DNA of 32,000 bases from positions 5,880,001 through 5,912,000 of the forward strand of contig CP001848.1 of the NCBI GenBank assembly GCA_000025185.1, given 5' to 3'. The stretch comes from Pirellula staleyi DSM 6068. GTDB taxonomy: Bacteria > Planctomycetota > Planctomycetia > Pirellulales > Pirellulaceae. A program made the position numbers and the translations under genes. This document shows, piece after piece, positions 25,602 to 32,000 of the stretch (its first letter is position 1; each line of letters begins with the position of its first letter). The notes under the pieces were generated by a model. The model was not told the origin of the DNA. It ran no database searches and saw nothing but the letters and a program-made list of their open reading frames with translations.

Positions 25602-26706
25602 AGCGTCGTGTATTCCACTTGCCGTTGGCGAGAAGGCCAATTGGCTCCTGGTTGCTTGCTCGGCAGCGACCTCGGGGCTGGCTGGTTTCGAACTCGGCAC
25701 GCGCCCACTTCGTATCGGACGTACGCCCGACATGGATGTTTGCTTGCCACTCGGCAGCATCTCCAAGCATCACGCCACCATCACCCCGCAATCGATGGGG
25801 CTGGTGATTCGTGATAACGGCAGCACCAATGGGACATTCCTCAACGGCGTGCGCGCGACCACCGATATGCTCCTGCGCGAAGGGGACATCGTGCAGTTTG
25901 CCAGTGAAGCGTTTCGACTGTCACGACCTTTGGCAACCTCGCCGATGCACACCGTGGAGACAATTTCTGGCAACTTGGCGATGACGCTAGTGCATTTTGA
26001 TCGACTCCTGAACGAGCCCGCTGTGGTGCCGTTCTATCAGTCGATCGTCGACCTGGCGAGCGCCGAGACTCAGGCCTACGAAGTGCTGGCTCGCAGCAGC
26101 GTGCAAGGGCTCGAAACACCTCGCGCGATGTTCGAAGCGGCTGAACAACTGAGCCTCGAGCGGGAACTCTCCACCGTGATGCGCCGCGAAGGCTCGATCA
26201 TTGGAAGCGGGATCAAAGGCTCGCCGATGCTGTTCCTCAACACGCATCCGATGGAGATGGCAGATCAAAAGCTAATCGATTCGCTCCATGATTTGCGACG
26301 CATGTTGCCTGTACAGCCACTCACGATCGAAATCCACGAACACGCCATCACAAGTCTCGATCAGCTGCGCCGTTTTCGGGCCGTGCTCGACGAACTCGAT
26401 ATGCGACTGGCTTACGACGACTTTGGTGTCGGACAAGCGCGGCTTGTGGAACTCAGCGAAGTGCCACCCGATGTGGTGAAGTTCGATATTCAGCTGATTC
26501 GCAATATCGATCGCGCCCCACCCAGCCGCCAGCGGACACTTTCGCAGCTAGTGAATCTGGTAAAAGATCTCGGTGTGAAAACCTTAGCCGAAGGTGTCGA
26601 AACCGACGCCGAACGCCTCACTTGCCTTGAGCTCGGATTCGAACTCGGGCAGGGCTTTTATTTCAGCCGCCCCGCGCCGGTTGCTTCGCTCGAGAGCAAT
26701 CATTGA
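25573..26706 (+). CDS. FHA-domain EAL-type cyclic-di-GMP phosphodiesterase
   Basis: The FHA domain has LRIGRTP (R at 25720), SKHH and STNGTF. The EAL domain has FYQSIVDL, YEVLARS (26080-26088), LFLNTHP, EIHE, AYDDFGVGQA, VKFD, AEGVET and GQGFYFSRP. The only in-frame start ahead of the FHA core is the ATG at 25573, which overlaps the upstream gene by 29 nt. Confidence 0.85.
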   Translation: MEPSAQTRPKASCIPLAVGEKANWLLVACSAATSGLAGFELGTRPLRIGRTPDMDVCLPLGSISKHHATITPQSMGLVIRDNGSTNGTFLNGVRATTDMLLREGDIVQFASEAFRLSRPLATSPMHTVETISGNLAMTLVHFDRLLNEPAVVPFYQSIVDLASAETQAYEVLARSSVQGLETPRAMFEAAEQLSLERELSTVMRREGSIIGSGIKGSPMLFLNTHPMEMADQKLIDSLHDLRRMLPVQPLTIEIHEHAITSLDQLRRFRAVLDELDMRLAYDDFGVGQARLVELSEVPPDVVKFDIQLIRNIDRAPPSRQRTLSQLVNLVKDLGVKTLAEGVETDAERLTCLELGFELGQGFYFSRPAPVASLESNH

Positions 26707-26753
26707 GATGAGCATAGGCCACGCGGACAAGCATCGACGTGGCTCAAGCAATC

Positions 26754-27764
26754 CTAGCGAGACTCTTCTTTGATCATGCGCATCAAATGCCCAACTTCGG
26801 TCTTGCTACCGACAATCAGCGGCGTGCGCTGATGCAGGCTGGTGGGCTCGATGTCGAGAATTCGGTCGGTCCCATTGGTTGCCATTCCACCCGCTTGTTC
26901 GGCAAGAAGAGCGACCGGATTTGCCTCATAGAGAAGTCGCAACTTCCCCTTGGGATGGGAGTTCGTTGGCGGATAGAGGAAGATCCCTCCTTTGAGCAGC
27001 GTCCGATGAAAATCGGCGACCAGCGAACCGATGTAGCGCGACGAGTAGGTCCGTCCGAGTGCTCCGCTGCGAGCTTGCATCAAGAACTTGCGATAAGCGA
27101 GTGGAAAGCCCTCAAAATTCGCTTCATTCACACTGTACTGGGTTCCTGCGTCGGGCATCGTCACCCGTTCGTGGCTGAGCAAATAGGCGCCGATCGAAGG
27201 ATCGAGTGTAAACCCGAACACACCGTGGCCGGTCGTGTAAACCAGCATCGTCGAAGAGCCATACACCACATAGCCGGCGGCGACTTGCTTGTAGCCGGGC
27301 TGCAACACATCGGCGGTGGTATCGCGCGAGCAATCAGGATCGGGCTCACGACGAAGGACCGAAAAAATAGTCCCCACGCTCACGTTCACATCGATGTTGC
27401 TGGAGCCATCGAGCGGATCGAACACCACCACATAGCGGCCATGTGCCCGATCGCGTTCGACAACGATCGGATCATCGTTTTCTTCCGACGCCATGATCGC
27501 CACATTGCCGCGGTTGCCGAGAAACTGCAGTAGCGTTTGATTGGCAATCACGTCGAGCTTTTGAACCGTCTCCCCCTGCACATTCTGGCTATCGGTGGCT
27601 CCCAGCACGTCGGCCGAAATACCTGCGCGACGCACCTGCGCGGCGACAATCTTGGTGGCTAAAGTGATCCCCGACAGGAGCCACGAAAACTCACCACTCG
27701 CCTGAGGATGGTTGCGACGCTGTTCTTCCAGAATGTGCTGCTGAACGGTAAGGAGCTTGTGCAT
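26754..27764 (-). CDS. fbp: Fructose-1,6-bisphosphatase class 1
   Basis: The full-length protein shows the class I pattern: GEFSWLLSGITLATK, ASEE, DPLDGSSNID, GYVVYGSST and YPPT...GKLRLLYEANP. Confidence 0.9.
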   Translation of the reverse strand: MHKLLTVQQHILEEQRRNHPQASGEFSWLLSGITLATKIVAAQVRRAGISADVLGATDSQNVQGETVQKLDVIANQTLLQFLGNRGNVAIMASEENDDPIVVERDRAHGRYVVVFDPLDGSSNIDVNVSVGTIFSVLRREPDPDCSRDTTADVLQPGYKQVAAGYVVYGSSTMLVYTTGHGVFGFTLDPSIGAYLLSHERVTMPDAGTQYSVNEANFEGFPLAYRKFLMQARSGALGRTYSSRYIGSLVADFHRTLLKGGIFLYPPTNSHPKGKLRLLYEANPVALLAEQAGGMATNGTDRILDIEPTSLHQRTPLIVGSKTEVGHLMRMIKEESR

Positions 27765-27953
27765 TGCAGTAGAGAGTTCCGAGACGTTTCGTAAGCATCA
27801 TGCTTGCGACAAGCGAAGGGCCGATCGCGTGAGAGAGCACGAACGAGTCGCTATTTTACGCGCTCGAAGCACGCTCGGGGAGAGACCGCCCAAGATCGAG
27901 GGGGATCTTCCCAAAACTCGCGAAAACCTGAGAAAGAGCAGCGCAGAATCGCG

Positions 27954-29339
27954 TTAGACGTGGAGCCCTTCGATCGGCTCGGCGCTGTTAATGGCCCGGA
28001 CCATATCCTGCGGCAAACCGGTTAAAAGACGCACTTTTCCCATATCGAGTACGGTGTGCATAATCGTGGCGATCAGGTTCGAGATGCCAATCGGATCGGT
28101 GGCAGGCTCACCAGCCGACTTGTCGCTTTGGCCAATCACTTGCCCCATTTGCAGGCCACCACCGGCGAGGAGCAGCGGCGCAAGGCCACCCCAGTGATCA
28201 CGACCGCCGCCAGCATTCATGCGCGGAGTGCGCCCCATTTCACCAGTGGCGACGAGCAGGATTTTCTTATCGAGCCCGCGCTCTTTTAGATCGTCCATCA
28301 GCGCAGCCACTGCGTGGTCCATCGGTTGTCCGGCGTAACGCATGCCTTCGTCGACACCAGCATTGTTGGCGTCGGCATGAAAGTCCCACACGAAATTAGT
28401 AGTCACCGTCACAAATCGGCAACCTGACTCGCACAAACGACGCGCGAGAAGCAGCAACTTGCCGAGGCACTGCGAGTGATCGACATAGCGCGGGTGGTTG
28501 TTCCACTTCTTACTGATTTGGGAAGGTGCCACGAGTGGCGACGTGTCGTACATCGCGATCGTGCGGGGATCTTCATGCTTGAGATCGAACGCCTGCGCGA
28601 CCCCACCGAGAATGGTGTCGAATGCTTGTTCGCGAAATCGATCGAGCCCTTCCCCCTGGTTCTCGAGCGAGCCTTTGAGTCGATCGAGTCCCGAGAGCAG
28701 ATTGCGGCGATCGTCGAGTCGCGCCATCGGAAGTTCGAGCTGCATATCTTTTTGCAATTGACCGCCGCCACCAGGAACAAAGGGGACGAACCCTTGACCG
28801 AGCGAACCAGCGGCGTCGAACTTACCGAATTGATCGATGTTCGGCATCGCATTGGCATCGACCGCGCGAGGAAACAAGGCGCTCGTCGTCGGCATGCCCG
28901 ACTTGGCATCGGTGGCTCCGAGAACACGTGCAATCACGCTGCCGAGATTCGCGCCGAGCGAGTGCTTGGAAACGACCGGCTTGATATCGTGGTTTCCGTC
29001 CCCGGTATGAAACGAGCGAACCACTGCCAAACGATCGGCGCGGGCGGCCAACTTTTCCATCGTGCTGCCGAAGGTTACACCGGGCAACTTCGTCGGAATC
29101 TCGCCAGTGACGCTCCGCACACCAGCGGGTGCCGACATTTTCGGATCGAACGTTTCCTGCTGAGGTGGCCCGCCGCTGCAGTGCAAAAAGATGACCGATT
29201 TACCGGTCGCCAGTCCCTCGGCCTGTGCAGCTCCCGCTCGCAAAAGATCGGGAAGCGACAGCCCCGCTAAAGCGAGCGAACCGATACGCAAAAATGCCCG
29301 GCGGCTGGGTCCGCGTCTTGGATCGACGAAGGAGAGCAT
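27954..29339 (-). CDS. DUF1501 domain protein (sulfatase/alkaline-phosphatase-like), Tat signal
   Basis: The ATG at 29339 gives MLSFVDPRRGPSRRAFLRIGSLALAG, a twin-arginine motif. It also has IFLHCSGGPPQQETFDPK, GRTP and GRDHW, typical of DUF1501. Confidence 0.85.
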   Translation of the reverse strand: MLSFVDPRRGPSRRAFLRIGSLALAGLSLPDLLRAGAAQAEGLATGKSVIFLHCSGGPPQQETFDPKMSAPAGVRSVTGEIPTKLPGVTFGSTMEKLAARADRLAVVRSFHTGDGNHDIKPVVSKHSLGANLGSVIARVLGATDAKSGMPTTSALFPRAVDANAMPNIDQFGKFDAAGSLGQGFVPFVPGGGGQLQKDMQLELPMARLDDRRNLLSGLDRLKGSLENQGEGLDRFREQAFDTILGGVAQAFDLKHEDPRTIAMYDTSPLVAPSQISKKWNNHPRYVDHSQCLGKLLLLARRLCESGCRFVTVTTNFVWDFHADANNAGVDEGMRYAGQPMDHAVAALMDDLKERGLDKKILLVATGEMGRTPRMNAGGGRDHWGGLAPLLLAGGGLQMGQVIGQSDKSAGEPATDPIGISNLIATIMHTVLDMGKVRLLTGLPQDMVRAINSAEPIEGLHV

Positions 29340-29497
29340 CGCTATCTCCTGACAGGCAAGCACTTTAGGTGGGAACAATCGACGCTTGGCTGGAGCACCG
29401 TAGGGAACCAAAACCAGCCAGCGCATGGGAGGGATGTCAAAACTTATCGACTATCACTGATGCGTGCAAGCAATTTTTCTCGCCGTGGTCGATCCGA

Positions 29498-30997
29498 TCA
29501 GGCAATCATCTTCTCCACAATTTCGCCATGCACGTCGGTCAGGCGGAAGTCGCGTCCTTGGAAACGGAAGGTCAGTTTTTTGTGATCGAGTCCGAGCAAG
29601 TGGAGCAGCGTGGCGTGTAGGTCGTGAACATGCACTTTGTCTTCGACAGCGTAATAGCCAATCTCGTCGGTCCTGCCGATGGAGACGCCGGGTTTCGTGC
29701 CACCACCAGCCAGCCACATGGTGAAGCTCTCGACGTGGTGATCGCGCCCGACGAAGTCGCGCGGCTCTCCTTGAGGTGTGCGTCCGAACTCGCCCCCCCA
29801 AACCACAATCGTGTCTTCGAGCAGCCCACGCTGTTTGAGATCTTGCACCAGCGCCGCGGCACCTTGATCGGTCTCTTGGCAGATTTTGTCGAGCGAAACA
29901 CCTAGCTCGGTCCCACGATTGCCGTGATGGTCCCAGTCGGTGTGATACAGCTGAACGAATCGCACTCCGCGTTCGATTAGGCGGCGTGCAAGCAAGCAGT
30001 TGGTGGCAAACGACGGCTTGCCGGGCTCACAGCCGTAGAGTTTCATCGTCTCGGCGGTCTCTTGCGAAAGATCCATCAACTCCGGCGCGGAGGCTTGCAT
30101 CCGAAACGCCATTTCATAGCTGGCAATGCGCGTTGCAATTTCAGGATCGCCCGTGGCATCCATGCGAAACTTGTTCATCTGCGCGACTGAGGAAGTGAAT
30201 CGCTGCTGCGCTTCGTTATCGATCCCCTCAGGATTGCTGAGATTCAAAATCGGCTGTCCGCTGCTTCGGAGTGGTACGCCTTGGTACGTCGTCGGCAAGA
30301 AACCGCTACCCCAGTTCGGCGCACCACCACGGGGTCCGCGTGGCCCCGACTGCAGCACCACGAAACCTGGTAGATCGGTCGACTCACTACCGATGCCATA
30401 GGTGAGCCAGGCTCCCATACTCGGACGACCAAACAGCGGCGAACCGGTGTTCATGAAAAACTTGGCGGGACCATGGTTGAACACGTCGGTCTTCACCGCG
30501 CGGAGCATGCAGATATCGTCGACGATCTTCGACAAATGGGGCAAGCATTCCGAGACCGTTTGTCCACTCTCGCCATGCTGCGCGAATTTGCGTTTTGTGC
30601 CGAGTAGTTTCGCTTCTCCTTTGATGAAGGCGAAGCGTTTGTTCGACACAAACGAAGGCGGAATCACCTGACCATCGAGTTCCTGTAGTTTGGGCTTGGA
30701 GTCAAAAAGTTCGAGCTGACTCGGTCCACCTGCCATGAACAGGAAAATGACGTTCTTGGCTTTCGCGGGAAAATGCGTCGGCTTGACCGCCAAGGGATTG
30801 ACCGCAGTCGGGCCGGGATTTTCAGCAGCGAAACCGTCCCTCGCAAGGAGCGAACCTGCGGCGATGCCGCCGAGCCCCAACTGGCAATCGCGCAGGAAGT
30901 GACGTCGCGCCACCAGTCGCGCGATCTGCTGCTCGGGAGTTAGCGGGGTCATCATCGGAAGGTTCCTGAGAGCGCTATTCGCGGGTGATCGTTTCAT
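29498..30997 (-). CDS. DUF1501 domain protein, Tat signal
   Basis: ARRHFLRDCQLGLGGIAAG is a twin-arginine motif. It also has IFLFMAGGPSQLELFDSKP, WDHHG, EFGRTP and GRDHH. The start is 30997 (23-nt overlap with the upstream gene) or the MM at 30955. Confidence 0.85.
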   Translation of the reverse strand: MKRSPANSALRNLPMMTPLTPEQQIARLVARRHFLRDCQLGLGGIAAGSLLARDGFAAENPGPTAVNPLAVKPTHFPAKAKNVIFLFMAGGPSQLELFDSKPKLQELDGQVIPPSFVSNKRFAFIKGEAKLLGTKRKFAQHGESGQTVSECLPHLSKIVDDICMLRAVKTDVFNHGPAKFFMNTGSPLFGRPSMGAWLTYGIGSESTDLPGFVVLQSGPRGPRGGAPNWGSGFLPTTYQGVPLRSSGQPILNLSNPEGIDNEAQQRFTSSVAQMNKFRMDATGDPEIATRIASYEMAFRMQASAPELMDLSQETAETMKLYGCEPGKPSFATNCLLARRLIERGVRFVQLYHTDWDHHGNRGTELGVSLDKICQETDQGAAALVQDLKQRGLLEDTIVVWGGEFGRTPQGEPRDFVGRDHHVESFTMWLAGGGTKPGVSIGRTDEIGYYAVEDKVHVHDLHATLLHLLGLDHKKLTFRFQGRDFRLTDVHGEIVEKMIA

Positions 30998-32000
30998 CGA
31001 GGTTCAGCAGAACGCGGCAGAGCCGTACCCAAGGGACAAACTCGCCAGCGGTTCGATCCTGCAGCTTCAGAGGCGTGGCTGGGAGATGCTTGCTGGCAGG
31101 CTCCTGTTGCTTGGGAGCGATCGCTTCACGCTCGGCATGGAGGACCGCGAGAAGCGCCGCCTGTTCATCGCTGGTTGGCTCGCGAGAGGTGGCGAGGACA
31201 AAAGCATATGCTGCGCGAGTTGCATCGTCGGCTGCTGTCGATTCGGCAAGGACTCGATCTGCCATCGCCACCGCACACTCGAAGAACGCCGCATCGTTAG
31301 CCAGCGTGAGGGACTGAAGTGGCGTGTTGCTACGCAAGCGGCGTGTGCAGGAGGTGTTTGCGCCAGGTGCGTCGAAGACCATCAGCGAAGGATCGGGAGC
31401 ACTGCGCCAGAAGAAGGTATACATGCCGCGACGGAAACGCTGATCGTCTTTCGCGACCACCCAATTCTTGCGGTTTTGGGTAAAGGCATACACGCCGTCG
31501 GGCTGCGGAGGAAAGACACTGGGACCGCCCAGCTCGTTTGTGATCAGTCCGCTGGTTGCCAGAGCGACGTCGCGCACGATTTCAGCATCGAGACGCAAAC
31601 GTGACTGTCGCTCGAGAAGAATGTTTTGCGGATCAATCGTCGCTAAATCACTGCGGACACTCGACGACTGCTGATAAACCGCACTCGTCACCATCAGGCG
31701 ATGCATCGCTTTCACGTTCCACTTTTGCTCGAGGAACTCGGCTGCGAGCCACTCGAGTAGCGCGGGATGCGAAGGCTTGGTCCCCTGCACACCAAAATCA
31801 TCTTCCGTTTCCACAATGCCCCGTCCAAAGAACTTCTGCCAGTCGCGGCTCATCACCACGCGCGGTGTCAGAGGCTGATCGGCAGCCACCAACCATTTCG
31901 CGAGATCGAGTCGTCCACCTTCGCCGGTCGTCGTCGCGAGAGGTGGAAGCACGGCGGGTGATTTCCCCGTGACTTGAGGCCCTGGATCGAGAAAATCTCC
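30975..32000 (-). CDS. DUF1553 (PSD1) domain protein, C-terminal part (5' end lies off the window)
   Basis: The frame stays open to nt 32000, so the track's 'M' at 31952 is an internal GTG. LAKWLV...NPLTPRV..NR.W...FGRGIV-type and FDAP...[11 protein letters not shown] motifs are typical of PSD1/DUF1553 C-termini. It shows the classic pairing with a downstream DUF1501 gene. Confidence 0.8.
   Translation of the reverse strand, partial: GDFLDPGPQVTGKSPAVLPPLATTTGEGGRLDLAKWLVAADQPLTPRVVMSRDWQKFFGRGIVETEDDFGVQGTKPSHPALLEWLAAEFLEQKWNVKAMHRLMVTSAVYQQSSSVRSDLATIDPQNILLERQSRLRLDAEIVRDVALATSGLITNELGGPSVFPPQPDGVYAFTQNRKNWVVAKDDQRFRRGMYTFFWRSAPDPSLMVFDAPGANTSCTRRLRSNTPLQSLTLANDAAFFECAVAMADRVLAESTAADDATRAAYAFVLATSREPTSDEQAALLAVLHAEREAIAPKQQEPASKHLPATPLKLQDRTAGEFVPWVRLCRVLLNLDETITRE

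Noticed and set aside
26717-26744. Hairpin GCCACG / CGTGGC between the convergent EAL and fbp genes
   Set aside because: The stem is 6 bp with a 14-nt loop and no T-run on either strand. It may act as a terminator, but the sequence does not support calling it.
1-32000. Search for CRISPR arrays, rRNA/tRNA genes, transposases, integrases, and toxin-antitoxin or known defence-system genes
   Set aside because: No spaced direct-repeat arrays, no tRNA-like cloverleaf candidates and no recombinase-like ORFs were seen. The window looks like core chromosome rather than a mobile or defence island.

Overview
Gene-dense, fairly high-GC chromosomal window. Hand-counted 60-nt lines give 43-58 % GC. The gene families are typical of Planctomycetota (Pirellulales-like): a DUF1559 H-X9-DG pseudopilin-like protein, a DUF1553/DUF1501 pair with Tat signals, and a possible BBP7-like barrel. 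I call 25 protein-coding genes (two run off the window edges), 2 intrinsic terminators, 2 weak promoter candidates and one short in-gene tandem repeat. I found no rRNA, tRNA, CRISPR array, transposase or integrase. Gene order: (1) a 3,6-dideoxyhexose-type sugar cluster, made of an rfbG fragment, an SDR reductase/epimerase, the RfbH/E1 dehydrase, a GtrB-like GT2 and a polytopic GT-C-like membrane protein; (2) a minus-strand TadE / TadG-vWA / TadE pseudopilin trio with no other Tad machinery in view; (3) modABC; (4) pdxA; (5) a secreted PQQ-like beta-propeller; (6) DUF1559 plus its small lipoprotein partner; (7) a secreted six-blade Kelch protein; (8) a secreted PDZ protein with an extreme Asp/Arg/Asn/Gly tail; (9) a putative beta-barrel protein; (10) a three-gene, translationally overlapped cytoplasmic signalling operon; (11) fbp; (12) DUF1501, DUF1501 and a DUF1553 fragment. 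The best candidate for an undescribed system is the signalling operon at 19741-26706. Its first gene is a 1278-aa protein (pseudokinase, active Hanks kinase, SRPBCC-like domain, Cys-cluster domain, catalytically degenerate class III cyclase domain). It is followed by two enzymes that both begin with an FHA phosphothreonine-reader domain: a hybrid histidine kinase and an EAL c-di-GMP phosphodiesterase. All domain calls rest on by-eye motif recognition. No HMM or BLAST search was possible.
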